Below the pieces are notes generated by a model. The model saw nothing but the letters and a program-made list of their open reading frames with translations. It did no database searches and had not been told where the DNA came from. The translations under genes were made by a program, and so were the position numbers. From an uncultured bacterium (GTDB lineage Bacteria; Lernaellota; Lernaellaia; Lernaellales; Lernaellaceae): a DNA stretch of 59,221 nt. The stretch spans positions 1-59,221 of the forward strand of contig CAZHPN010000009.1 in NCBI GenBank assembly GCA_964534375.1. The letters run 5' to 3'. Positions 1 to 10,008 of this stretch are shown piece after piece (the first letter of the stretch is position 1; each line of letters begins with the position of its first letter).

Positions 1-735
1 CGCTCGTCGGTGTCCGAAATGCGCGACATGGCGTCCGATATCCAGCGCCGGCTCAACAGCTTGGAGCGCGGCTCCGAGTATCCGATCCTTCGCGAAGCGC
101 ACCGCCGCGACCTGCAATACAGCGCCGACATTCAGACGTTGCAATCCGAGTTGGCGGGCCTGCGCAACGAAGCCGGCCAGGCGAACTCGAACGATCCGGG
201 CGCGGCGGACATCAACGCCAACGCCGCGTCGTACGAAGCGACGCTGCAAAGCCTGGCGCCGCGGCTGACCGCGCTCGACGGCAAGATCGACGCGAAGAAA
301 CGCGAGCGGCTCGCGTATTTCCGCACCGAACTGGCGACGCTGCGCGCCCCGATTCCCGATTTCGATCGCGCGATCGACGGATTGATGGCGCAGGCCGGCA
401 ACCAGTTGGCGACGGTCGCCGCGCAGGAACTGGCCGGGATTGAGCAACAAGTCCTGGAATACGCCCAGCGGGCCGACCTGGGGATTATCGACGTGGCGTG
501 GCGCGCCACGCGCGGGTCGTCGCGCGACATCAAAAAACAACAACAACAGATGGAAAAAGAATTGCGCGAATTCCAGCGGCTGCACAAACCGGCCGCCGGT
601 GAAGCGCCGGCCGCAGCGCCGGGCGTCGCGCCGCCCCCGGCCAATCCGCCGGGCCAAACGCCGCCGCCATCGGCGCCGGCGCCGGCCGGCGAACCGACGC
701 CGCCACAGCCCCCGCCGCCGAGCAGCGGCCAGTGA
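1..735 (+). CDS. 3' part of a coiled-coil protein of the Glt-like cluster (5' end outside window)
   Basis: Frame is open from base 1. Coiled-coil character, motif ADLGIIDVAW that I recall from myxobacterial TPR proteins, Pro-rich tail. Ends 13 nt before the next gene. Confidence 0.7.
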   Translation, partial: RSSVSEMRDMASDIQRRLNSLERGSEYPILREAHRRDLQYSADIQTLQSELAGLRNEAGQANSNDPGAADINANAASYEATLQSLAPRLTALDGKIDAKKRERLAYFRTELATLRAPIPDFDRAIDGLMAQAGNQLATVAAQELAGIEQQVLEYAQRADLGIIDVAWRATRGSSRDIKKQQQQMEKELREFQRLHKPAAGEAPAAAPGVAPPPANPPGQTPPPSAPAPAGEPTPPQPPPPSSGQ

Positions 736-748
736 GCGGGCAGGAGCA

Positions 749-3700
749 ATGAAGAAGATGAACGGTTCGAGTCATTGTCTTTTCCGGACGGCGCTGGTGC
801 TGTCCGTTGTCTGCCTCGCCGGAACGTTCGCGGCGACGGCCTGGGCGGCGCCGGACGCGTCGGCGGCGCCCGCCGGCAAGAGCGTGGGCTACCCCGACAC
901 GCTGGATGGAGTGCGGGCGCAAATCGCCGACCTCGAGAAACAGATCTTCCAGTTGAACGCGGATGCGGAAAAACTGGTGAGCGTTTCCGATCAGGACAAG
1001 CGCAACGCGATTCACAAACAGATCAAAAGCTTGCGGTTGCAGGTGCGGTTGCTGCAGCATCGTTCGGAGCAACTGGAAAACGCGACGAACCAGAGCGGCG
1101 CCGATCAGATCCGCGATCGCTACCGCCAGCGCATCGTCGAATTCGAAGCGCAGAAGACGGCGATCCGCCGCGAAACGATTTCGCGTTTCGAGGCCGCGCT
1201 CGCGCAGCATCCGGACAGCCACTTGGCCCCCGACATTCTCTGGCGGCTGGCCAACCTTTACTTCGAGGAAGGCCACGCGGAATACCTGGAAGCGTGGGAC
1301 CGTTACGAGAACGAAAGCAACCAATTGGTGACCCAGGGCGCGACGCACATCGTGCCGGAAGAGCCGAAACACAACTATGCGCGTTCGGTGGAAATGCTCG
1401 GCCGCATCCTGCGCGAGTTTCCGAATTACGAACACAAAGACCGCGTCCTGTATCTGATGGCCTACTGCCTGCAGGAACAAAACGACGACGACCGCGCGTT
1501 GCTGTTTTACCAACAGCTGATCAAGGAAACGCCGGAATCGGATTACGTGCCCGAATCCTACGTCCGGATGGGCGAGATCTATTTCGGCCGCGACCAATTC
1601 GACCGCGCCATCGAGCGCTACCAGCAGTTGCTCAAGTATCCGAATTCGAAGTTTTACGACAAAGCGCTCTATAAGCTCGGGTGGTCGTACTACAAGATGA
1701 GCAACTACGAGAACGCGGTGAAGTACTTCACCGAGGTGCTCAACTACTACCACAACCGGCCGCTGACGGCGCGCGGCAAGGGCAAGGCCGACGACCTGAT
1801 GCAGGAATCGATCGATTACATCGCCATAAGCTTCACCGAATCCGAAGGGCAGAACGGCGCGGTCGCCGCGACGGCGTTCATGAAGCGCATCAACAATCCG
1901 GAACTCGGCCGGCAAATTCTGGCGAAGGTCGGCGAAGTGTACGACGAGCGCACCGATTACGAGGCCGCGCGGCAGGCTTATCGCGCATATCTGGACAACT
2001 TCCCGATGGGCCCCGAGGTGCCGGAGATCTACAGCAAGATCGCGCAGACGTATGAAAAAGAATCGCGTTTCGAAGACGCGGTGGCGATCTACACCGAAAT
2101 CGGCGAGCGCCTCGGGCCGGACAGCGAATGGGCGAAACAGAACGGCGCCCGGACGGCCGACGTCGAACGCGCGGCGAAATTCCGCCAGACCTCATTGCTC
2201 GCGGCGGCGACTTACCACCACGAGAAAGCGCAGCATACGTCCGGCGCGGAATCGCAGGCGCATTATCAGAAAGCCACGGAAAATTACGCGTCGTACCTGA
2301 AGTTCTTCCCGGATTCGGACAGCGCCTACGAAACGTCGTTCAACCTCGCCGAATGCTATATGGAATTGCAGATGTACCCGCAGGCCGCCGAAGCGTACCA
2401 GCGGGTCATCGCGACCAAGAAAGACAAGGATCTGTGGACCAACGCCTTGTTCGACAACGCCAAGGCCTACGAACTGCTAGTCGAAAAGGAAGGCGGCCTG
2501 CCGAACAAAGAGGCGATCGAGCAGCGCGACGCCCAGGCGGGGAAGGGCGACACGTCGGGCGCGCCGAAGGGCTTCGAGATCAAGCCGACGGCGATGAGCG
2601 ACTCCACGCAGAAATGGCTTAAAGCGCTCGAGATGCACACGACCGAGTTGCCGAACTCCGACAAGAGCCCGGCGATGCTTTTCAAGATGGGCGAAATCTA
2701 CTACCTGCACGGCGATTTCGACAACGCCCGCAAGGTGTTCGAGCAAGTGTTCGACAAGTATCCGTCGAATTCCATCGTCGCGGTCGCCGCGTACGATTAC
2801 ATCGAGTCGTACAAGCAGCGCAACGACTACGCGGGGATCATCGCCGCGACGCAGCGGCTGCCCAAGAACGCAGCGGTCGGCATCACGCCGGAGCAGGTGA
2901 AGAGCCTGAAGGCCGGCGCCACGATGAAAATCGCCGAAGAGAAAATGCACGAATCGACGGCGACCGACAACGTTGACAAAAACCAGGTGCTCGACGCGAT
3001 CGCCGAGTACGAACGCGGCATCGCGGCCAATCCGAACGACAAAAAGGCCGACGTCGCCGTGCTCAACATCGCGGTCGCGTACGAAAACCAGATCAAAGAT
3101 CTGGTCCGCGCCAACGAAGCGTACATGCGCCTCGCGCGGGACTACCCGCAAAGCGAACACGCGCCCGACGCGTTGTTGCACGCGGCGTTCAATTACCAGA
3201 TCTTGATCGAATTCGATAAGGCGCGCGAGGCGTACGAAAACTTCTACCGGGCGTACCCGAGCAACAAAGAAGCGGGCAATGCGCTGTTCAACGCCGCCGC
3301 ACTGTACGAAGAATCCGGCCAGGGCGGGTCGGCCATTTCGCTCTACGAGCAATATCTCGGCCGCTACGCCACCGCTGCGGACGCGTCGGAAACCGCCTTC
3401 ACGATCGCGCGGCTGCGCGAAAAAACGGGCGACACGTCGGGCGCGGAACGCGCCTACGAAGACTACGCCAGACGCGGCGTGGACGACGCCTCGCGCATGA
3501 GCGAAGCCTATTTCCGCTGGGGCAAGCTGCTGGAAAACCGCGGTTCGACGGCCGAAGCCGAGAAACATTACTTGCAATCGGTCGCCGTCTTCATCAAAGC
3601 CAAGGCGCTGGACCCCAACGCCGAGTCGCGGTACGCCGCGGAAGCGCAATTCGAGATCGCCCAGCGGTTCTATGGCACGTACAAGTCGATGAACTTCACG

Positions 3701-4240
3701 GGCAACGTCAAGAAAGATGCGGCGATCCTCAAGGAAAAGGCCGAAGCGTTCAAAAAACTGAAGGATTACTACGAGCAGACTGTGACCTTCGGCAATTACA
3801 AATGGGCGACGGCTTCGTTGCACATGATCGGCGTCATCAATCAGGACTTTTCCGAGACGTTGTTGAAAGCGCCGATCCCGAAAGACCTGCCGCAAGACAA
3901 GGTGGACGAGTACATGTTCAAACTCGAGGAACTCGCGTTCCCGATCAAGAACCGCGCCCTCGAAGCATTCAAACAGAACGTGCAGAAGGGCATCAACGAG
4001 CGGCTGATCAATGAATGGATCGTCAAGAGCTACATCGAATTGAAGCGGCTCCAGCCGCAGACGCTCGAGCCGAAATTCGAGAAATCCGTCATCAATGAAG
4101 CGCCGTCGCTGGCCCTGACCGGCATCGACCCGACGCTGCCCGCGGCGGCGCCCCTGCCGCCGGCCGGCGGGCCGGCCGCGCCGGGCGGCGCGGCCCCGTC
4201 GCCGCCGCCGAGCGGCGGCGCCTCGGAGGCGCAGCCATGA
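749..4240 (+). CDS. Large secreted multi-TPR protein, GltD/AgmU-like
   Basis: AGGAG RBS before ATG 749 (the ORF-track start 440 overlaps the previous gene). Signal peptide ending AWA-A, many TPR repeats (e.g. ALYKLGWSYYK), Pro-rich tail. Confidence 0.8.
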   Translation: MKKMNGSSHCLFRTALVLSVVCLAGTFAATAWAAPDASAAPAGKSVGYPDTLDGVRAQIADLEKQIFQLNADAEKLVSVSDQDKRNAIHKQIKSLRLQVRLLQHRSEQLENATNQSGADQIRDRYRQRIVEFEAQKTAIRRETISRFEAALAQHPDSHLAPDILWRLANLYFEEGHAEYLEAWDRYENESNQLVTQGATHIVPEEPKHNYARSVEMLGRILREFPNYEHKDRVLYLMAYCLQEQNDDDRALLFYQQLIKETPESDYVPESYVRMGEIYFGRDQFDRAIERYQQLLKYPNSKFYDKALYKLGWSYYKMSNYENAVKYFTEVLNYYHNRPLTARGKGKADDLMQESIDYIAISFTESEGQNGAVAATAFMKRINNPELGRQILAKVGEVYDERTDYEAARQAYRAYLDNFPMGPEVPEIYSKIAQTYEKESRFEDAVAIYTEIGERLGPDSEWAKQNGARTADVERAAKFRQTSLLAAATYHHEKAQHTSGAESQAHYQKATENYASYLKFFPDSDSAYETSFNLAECYMELQMYPQAAEAYQRVIATKKDKDLWTNALFDNAKAYELLVEKEGGLPNKEAIEQRDAQAGKGDTSGAPKGFEIKPTAMSDSTQKWLKALEMHTTELPNSDKSPAMLFKMGEIYYLHGDFDNARKVFEQVFDKYPSNSIVAVAAYDYIESYKQRNDYAGIIAATQRLPKNAAVGITPEQVKSLKAGATMKIAEEKMHESTATDNVDKNQVLDAIAEYERGIAANPNDKKADVAVLNIAVAYENQIKDLVRANEAYMRLARDYPQSEHAPDALLHAAFNYQILIEFDKAREAYENFYRAYPSNKEAGNALFNAAALYEESGQGGSAISLYEQYLGRYATAADASETAFTIARLREKTGDTSGAERAYEDYARRGVDDASRMSEAYFRWGKLLENRGSTAEAEKHYLQSVAVFIKAKALDPNAESRYAAEAQFEIAQRFYGTYKSMNFTGNVKKDAAILKEKAEAFKKLKDYYEQTVTFGNYKWATASLHMIGVINQDFSETLLKAPIPKDLPQDKVDEYMFKLEELAFPIKNRALEAFKQNVQKGINERLINEWIVKSYIELKRLQPQTLEPKFEKSVINEAPSLALTGIDPTLPAAAPLPPAGGPAAPGGAAPSPPPSGGASEAQP

Positions 4241-5517
4241 AAGCGCTGAAGATTTCGGGCCGGATGATGGTTTTCGCCCTGGTCGTTTTGTTCGTGACGA
4301 ACGCGTGCGCCTCGGCGCCGACGAAGCCTACGCCGCCCCCGCCGCGGCCGATGGCGCGGCCGGCGGCGAGTACGACGCCCGGCGTGACCGTGCTGGATTT
4401 GGCCGGGCCCGACGCCGCGCGGCAATATATGCAACAGGGCAACAGCGCGGCAGGCGCCGGCGAATGGAAACGCGCGGAAGAATTGTACAGCCGGGCGATC
4501 AAGATCGACCCGCGGCTGGCCGAGGGCTATTACAACCGCGGCGTCGCCCGATTGAAGCTGGGCAATAACGAGAGCGCGTCCAAAGACATGCGCGTCGCGT
4601 TGCAGTTGAAACGCGACTACCGTGCGGCGACCGTCAACCTCGGCGCGGCGTACCTGGCGACCGGCCGGCTCAACAATGCGTTGCAGCAATTCAACAACGT
4701 CGTGAATCAGGATCCGGCGAACCTCGACGCGAAGAACAACCTGGGGGCGGTGTATCTCCGGCTGGGCCAATACGATCGCGCCGAAGAGTTGTTCAAGGAA
4801 ATCCTGCGGCGCGATTACAAGTTCATTCCGGCGCACGTCAACATGGCGCTGGTCACGTACTACCGCAACAAGCCGCAACTGGCCGAGCGCATTTTCAAGA
4901 ACGCGGAGAAGCTCGATCCGAAAAACGACGACCTGGTCGCGAACTACGGTTACATGTTGATGACTATGGGCGAACTGAACCTCGCTCGCGCGCAGTTCGA
5001 GAAAGCGCTGACGATCAATCCGAACAACCCCACCGCGCTGACCGACCTCGGGGCGCTGGAAATCAGCCTGCGTCAATTCGACCAGGCGTCGGCGCACTTG
5101 GAGCGGGCGATCCAGATCGACCCGTCCAACGCGCGCACCTGGGTCAACGTGGGAATCGTTCGACGCGTCAAAGGCGACACGGACGGCGCCGAAACGGCGT
5201 ACAAAACGGCGATCGGCATCGACGCCAGTTTGGCCGACGCGTACCTGAACTACGGCATCCTGATGGAAGAAAGCCGCCAGGACCGGCAGAGCGCGATCGA
5301 CGAGTATTCGCGGTATTGGCAGGCCGTTCGCGACAAGAACGAAGCCAATCCGCGCGTCCCGGAATGGATCGACACGTTGCAGAAGGGGCCCGTGGCGGCC
5401 GCGCCGGCGCCGAAAGGACCCGCGCCGAAAGGCGAGGCGACGCCGGAAACGCAAGAATTGAAAGGCGATGACGAACCCGCGAGCGGCGCGCCGCCGCCCG
5501 CCGGAGGCGGACAATGA
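4237..5517 (+). CDS. TPR lipoprotein, GltE/AglT-like
   Basis: ATGA overlap with upstream gene, lipobox-like VTNAC, tandem TPR repeats. Confidence 0.8.
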   Translation: MKALKISGRMMVFALVVLFVTNACASAPTKPTPPPPRPMARPAASTTPGVTVLDLAGPDAARQYMQQGNSAAGAGEWKRAEELYSRAIKIDPRLAEGYYNRGVARLKLGNNESASKDMRVALQLKRDYRAATVNLGAAYLATGRLNNALQQFNNVVNQDPANLDAKNNLGAVYLRLGQYDRAEELFKEILRRDYKFIPAHVNMALVTYYRNKPQLAERIFKNAEKLDPKNDDLVANYGYMLMTMGELNLARAQFEKALTINPNNPTALTDLGALEISLRQFDQASAHLERAIQIDPSNARTWVNVGIVRRVKGDTDGAETAYKTAIGIDASLADAYLNYGILMEESRQDRQSAIDEYSRYWQAVRDKNEANPRVPEWIDTLQKGPVAAAPAPKGPAPKGEATPETQELKGDDEPASGAPPPAGGGQ

Positions 5518-5762
5518 AGAAACTATTATTGGCAGTGTGTTTTGCGGGACTGCTGTTCGGCGTCGTGTTGGCGCTGGGCGCGATCGAGAAAGCCCGCGCC
5601 GATAACTACATGGAGCTGGACCCGATCGTGGTCGAAGGCCAGATTCAACGGCCGGAAGCCGCGTACATCATCCAGCGGGCCACGTTGGAATTCGGCATGA
5701 CCGCCAAGAAGCGCAGCTTCATCGGCAAGGTCAAGACATCGATCGACGGCGCGCCGTTCTAA
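5514..5762 (+). CDS. Small secreted protein, GltF/CglF-like
   Basis: 82 aa, signal peptide, DPIVVEGQIQRPEAAYI...F...KRSF pattern resembling CglF/GltF, located between a TPR gene and a TonB-like gene. Confidence 0.7.
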   Translation: MKKLLLAVCFAGLLFGVVLALGAIEKARADNYMELDPIVVEGQIQRPEAAYIIQRATLEFGMTAKKRSFIGKVKTSIDGAPF

Positions 5763-5841
5763 CGGGCGGCGCGGAAGGGCGGTCGGCGGACAGCGCTCGC
5801 ATGGCGCCGGTTCGATCGCGCGGTGAGAAAGGAACGGGTAG

Positions 5842-7125
5842 ATGGCGGAAAATATCAATCGGGTCTTGAAAATAGGCCTGATTCAGGACGGCGTCCTCGT
5901 CGAGGACACGGTCTTGGGCAAGCAGCAGGGTTTGTCGGTCGGAACCGACCCGAAAAACACGCTGTTGATCAACGATCCCTCGCTGCCGCGGCGGCATCAA
6001 TTGATCGATTGGTCGGCGAAGGGTTATCGCCTGCAGTTCCTGCCGGAGATGAAAGGCCGCCTGCTCATCGACGAACATTTTGTCGACTTCGCCAAACTGA
6101 TCGCGACGGGCCAGGCGGCGAAGTCCGGCGCGGGTTATGAGGTTCTGCTGAAGCCCGATTACAAGGGCAAGATCGCCGTCGGCGAAAGCACGATCCTCTT
6201 CCAACTCGTGCCGCCGCCGGCCCCGCCCGCGCCGGTCGTGCTGCCGAAGGAAATCCGCGGCGGATTTTTCCGCAACATCGACATCATGTTTGTCGCGATT
6301 CTGATTTTCAGCGCGCTGGCCCATACCGGGGCCGCGTTGTACTTGCAAACGATGAATCCCGGCGAAGAAGAAATCATTCAGGTCGCCGCGGAACAACTCG
6401 TCGCCAAGTTCGACAAGGAAGACATCATCGTTCCCGAAGAGAAGAAAAAGGACGACGAAGCGGCCGGCGCCGAAAAGAAGAAAGGCGGCGGCGCGAAGGG
6501 CGGCGGCACGGAGGTGAAAGTCGAATCCAAGGGCGTGCTTTCGCTGCTGACGCGCGCCAGCGGCAACGGCGCGATGGCCGACCTGTTGAAAGGCGGCATC
6601 GGCGACAACCTTAAAGATGCAATGAACGGCATCGGCGGCGTCCGAATCGGCAAGGAAGGCGACACGGGCGGCGGCACCCGCGGCGACGGAACCGGCGGGC
6701 CGGGCTCGGGCAGCGGCACCGGCATCGGCGACATCGGGTCGATCGGCTCGGGGGGGTCCGCGGACACCGGCAATCGCTCGGCGCACATGGTCAAAGCCAA
6801 GTTGGCCACGGGCGGCGGCGGCGTGACCGGCAAGATTGACGCCGAGAAAGTCCGCGGCTACATTCGCAGCCAACTTGGCGGCGTCCGCCATTGTTACGAA
6901 ATGCAACTAAACGTCGACCGCAACCTGCAAGGGAAGGTGAAGGTATTGTTTTCGATCGACTCTTCGGGCTCAGTCGCCAGTTGCTCGGTCACCGAAAACT
7001 CGATGGGCAACACCCTGGTCGGCGATTGCGTCTGCCGGCGCGTCGAGCACTGGCGATTCCCGCCGCCGGACGAAGGCACTGTGACCGTTTCGTACACGTT
7101 CATCTTCACGCCCGCGGCGGATTGA
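5842..7125 (+). CDS. TonB/TolA-like energy transducer, GltG/AgmX/PglI family
   Basis: N-terminal FHA-like beta domain, single TM helix with S-x3-H (SALAH), Gly-rich linker, C-terminal VRHCYE...LQGKVKVLFSI...WRFPPP...VSYTFIF TonB_C-like domain. Confidence 0.85.
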   Translation: MAENINRVLKIGLIQDGVLVEDTVLGKQQGLSVGTDPKNTLLINDPSLPRRHQLIDWSAKGYRLQFLPEMKGRLLIDEHFVDFAKLIATGQAAKSGAGYEVLLKPDYKGKIAVGESTILFQLVPPPAPPAPVVLPKEIRGGFFRNIDIMFVAILIFSALAHTGAALYLQTMNPGEEEIIQVAAEQLVAKFDKEDIIVPEEKKKDDEAAGAEKKKGGGAKGGGTEVKVESKGVLSLLTRASGNGAMADLLKGGIGDNLKDAMNGIGGVRIGKEGDTGGGTRGDGTGGPGSGSGTGIGDIGSIGSGGSADTGNRSAHMVKAKLATGGGGVTGKIDAEKVRGYIRSQLGGVRHCYEMQLNVDRNLQGKVKVLFSIDSSGSVASCSVTENSMGNTLVGDCVCRRVEHWRFPPPDEGTVTVSYTFIFTPAAD

Positions 7126-7135
7126 GGAACCGAGC

Positions 7136-7690
7136 ATGAAACGCAGCGTCGGTTTGTTCCTGGCGGTCGTCGCGTTGGTCGCGGCGCACGCGATTGTCGC
7201 GCGAGCACAGGATGCGACCGACAACACGGCGCCGGTCGAGAACAGCAAGCGGTTCCTGCAGACGATGAAAGAGCAGACGGACCGGCTCGAAATGCAAGTG
7301 GAGCAGGCGCGACGCGAGCGCAACGGCAAGAAGATCAATTGCATCGAAGACCGGCTGCGTTCGCTGAAAGCGCTGGCCGCCGACGCGGACGGCCTCGACC
7401 AGAAGCTGCGCGCGCTGTCGATGCAGCAACGCGTGTTCGAGGCGAACAAGACCTACGCGCGCATCCGGGCCGATCAGCGGCTCGCCGAGCAATATGTCAA
7501 ACTGGTCGATCAGTGCTTCGGCAACATCGAACAACAAGGCGGTTTTACCGAAACCGTAGAACAATCGTTAGCCGAGCCCACGGGCGCGGAAAATCCGGCG
7601 GATCCATCGGCTTCGCAGCCGCCGGACTTCGCCCCGCGGCCGTTGCCGCTGCAATTTAACGCCGTCGTGGCGCCGACGCAGGCCAAGTGA
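7136..7690 (+). CDS. Secreted helical protein with two cysteines, function unknown
   Basis: GAGGA RBS, signal peptide, coiled-coil with KKINCIEDRL and DQCFG. Confidence 0.75.
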   Translation: MKRSVGLFLAVVALVAAHAIVARAQDATDNTAPVENSKRFLQTMKEQTDRLEMQVEQARRERNGKKINCIEDRLRSLKALAADADGLDQKLRALSMQQRVFEANKTYARIRADQRLAEQYVKLVDQCFGNIEQQGGFTETVEQSLAEPTGAENPADPSASQPPDFAPRPLPLQFNAVVAPTQAK

Positions 7691-7779
7691 GAACCGATCG
7701 CCCGCGGGATGGGTTCGCGAAACGAAAGTGTCGTGATAAAAGAATCGCGTAACGAGACTGGGGTTATTTGAGGCTTTTG

Positions 7780-9018
7780 ATGAGGGATGGCTGCAAACCG
7801 TTTGTTTTGATCGTCGCACTGGCGGCCCTCGGGGCGTTGCTCGCGGCGCCGGCGCGCGCGCAAGAACCGACCGACGGCATTCGCTTCGGCGCGTTTTCGA
7901 TCCACCCCTCGCTGTACGCGGCCTTGCGTTTCAACGACAACATCTATTTCCTGCCGTATGGGTATCGGCCGCTGAATCAGCAGTCGATTCCACAGAGCAT
8001 CGAGAGCGATTTCATTTTCAACGTCGTCCCGGCGGTCACCTTCGACATCAATGTGCCGTCCTTTCACATGCAGGCGGGCTACCGGTTCTACAATGACAGT
8101 TACCTGCACTACGACGACCCGAATCGGGAACACCAACTGCTCGACGGCAACAACCACAACGTCAACGGGTTGGTGGATTACAACGCGCCATTCGGGTTCA
8201 TGATCGGCGCCAGCGACGTCTGGTCCAAGATCGGCATCTACGAGTACACCGGCCAGTACGTCGACTATCTGCGCGGCGAGCAGTACCACAACGACGGCCG
8301 CGCGTGGATCGGCGGCCGGGCCGGGCCGTGGGACAACATTTACTTCAAGGCCACGGCCATCGACCTGATCGACAAATACGCCCGTTTCCCGCAGTACAAC
8401 AAGAACAGCGAAATCGCCGACGGCCAACTTCGCTTCAAGTTCTATCCGGAGACGGCGTTCGTCATCGAGGGCGAATACGGTTTGGTCGATCACGTGCGGC
8501 TGAAACAGTTCAATTCGTCGAACGTCTGCTGGGCGCAGTCCGGCTTGCAAGGCGACCTCACGACGTTCTTGATCGCCTCGTTCAAAGGCGGCTACAGCAC
8601 GGCCCACTACGACGTCAACCCGAGTTACACCACATGGCGGGCGGTGGCCGAGTTGACGTGGGTGTTCCCGGGGCAGACCCAGTGGCTGATGGGTTACCGG
8701 CATTTCGCCGCGGACGGCGTCGACACGCACTTCATCGAAACCCATCAGGGCGTGACGACGTTCTCGACGATTTGGAACTCCAAGTTGAAGACCTCGTTCG
8801 GCGGCACGTACAACTACAATCTTTACTCCGAGCCCGACGATCGGCACGAAATTCTGGTCGTCGCCAACGCCGACATCACGTACCGTCTGGTTTATTGGCT
8901 GTACATGGGCATCGGGTACGAACTGGAATACCAGATTCTGCATTACGTCACGCCCGCCCTTGCGGCGACGACCGCCGTCCGCAACACCGGAATCCTGCAC
9001 ATGGAAGCGAAATTCTAA
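7780..9018 (+). CDS. Outer-membrane beta-barrel, probably polysaccharide-export associated (Wzp/EpsX-like)
   Basis: GAGG RBS before ATG 7780, signal peptide, N-terminal GIRFGAFSIHPSL...FNDNI, alternating aromatic strands, C-terminal Phe. The export role is inferred. Confidence 0.7.
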   Translation: MRDGCKPFVLIVALAALGALLAAPARAQEPTDGIRFGAFSIHPSLYAALRFNDNIYFLPYGYRPLNQQSIPQSIESDFIFNVVPAVTFDINVPSFHMQAGYRFYNDSYLHYDDPNREHQLLDGNNHNVNGLVDYNAPFGFMIGASDVWSKIGIYEYTGQYVDYLRGEQYHNDGRAWIGGRAGPWDNIYFKATAIDLIDKYARFPQYNKNSEIADGQLRFKFYPETAFVIEGEYGLVDHVRLKQFNSSNVCWAQSGLQGDLTTFLIASFKGGYSTAHYDVNPSYTTWRAVAELTWVFPGQTQWLMGYRHFAADGVDTHFIETHQGVTTFSTIWNSKLKTSFGGTYNYNLYSEPDDRHEILVVANADITYRLVYWLYMGIGYELEYQILHYVTPALAATTAVRNTGILHMEAKF

Positions 9019-9031
9019 GCGGAGGCCGCGG

Positions 9032-9955
9032 ATGATTCTCGTCAGCGGCGGCGCTGGATTCATCGGCTCACATGTGGTTCGCGGTTTGCTCGCGCAAGGC
9101 CGGCCCGTGCGCGTGTTCGACAACCTTTCCACCGGCAAACGCGAGAATCTGGCGGGGCTCGACGTCGACCTGCGTGTCGGGGATTTGCGCGATCCGGCGG
9201 CGGTCGCCGGCGCGGTGCGCGGCGTCGAGGCGGTGATCCACCTCGCGGCGGCGATCAGCGTGCCCCAAACGGTGGCGGACCCGGCGGGCAGCCACGCGGT
9301 GAACGTCGAAGGCACGTTCTGCGTTTTGGAAGCTGCGCGCACGGCCGGCGTGCGGCGGTTCATTTTGGCGTCCAGCGCCGCGATCTACGGCGACGAGCCG
9401 TCGCTGCCCAAAACCGAGGAATCGCCGGTGCGGCCGCAAAGTCCGTACGCGTTGCACAAGCTGATCGGCGAGCAGTACCTGCGCCTGTACGCCGTCTTGT
9501 ACGGCATGGAAACCCTCAGCCTGCGCTATTTCAATGTTTACGGCCCGCGGCAGAATCCCGACAGCGCGTACGCCGCGGTGATCCCAAAATTCGTCAGCGC
9601 GATGGCCGGCCGGACGCCGCCGACGGTGTTCGGCGACGGCCTCCAGACCCGCGATTTCGTGTACGTCGAGGACGTGGTGGCCGCGAACCTGGCTGCGCTG
9701 GCCGCGCCGCGCCTCGACGGTCGCGTGCTCAACATCGGCGGCGGGCGGGCGATCAGCCTGCTGGATTTGCTGGCGACGCTGGAAAAAATCTTTCAGCGCC
9801 GCGCCGACCCGGTGTTCGCCGACCCGCGGCCCGGCGATGTCCGGCACAGCGTCGCCGCCGTGGACGCCGCGGCGGCGTTTCTCGGTTATCGGCCGAAAAC
9901 TCCGTTGCTGGACGGCTTGACGCCCACGGCCGCGTGGCTGACCGCACAACGATAG
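9032..9955 (+). CDS. NAD-dependent nucleotide-sugar epimerase/dehydratase (GalE/WbpP-like extended SDR)
   Basis: GGAGG RBS; GGAGFIGSH, SSAAIYG, YALHK (YxxxK), LRYFNVYGPRQ, RDFVYV. Confidence 0.92.
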   Translation: MILVSGGAGFIGSHVVRGLLAQGRPVRVFDNLSTGKRENLAGLDVDLRVGDLRDPAAVAGAVRGVEAVIHLAAAISVPQTVADPAGSHAVNVEGTFCVLEAARTAGVRRFILASSAAIYGDEPSLPKTEESPVRPQSPYALHKLIGEQYLRLYAVLYGMETLSLRYFNVYGPRQNPDSAYAAVIPKFVSAMAGRTPPTVFGDGLQTRDFVYVEDVVAANLAALAAPRLDGRVLNIGGGRAISLLDLLATLEKIFQRRADPVFADPRPGDVRHSVAAVDAAAAFLGYRPKTPLLDGLTPTAAWLTAQR

Positions 9956-10008
9956 CAGACCGGCCGTCGCCGACGAGTCGGTGAAATTCCCTGCACCGTC
10001 GACAATAT

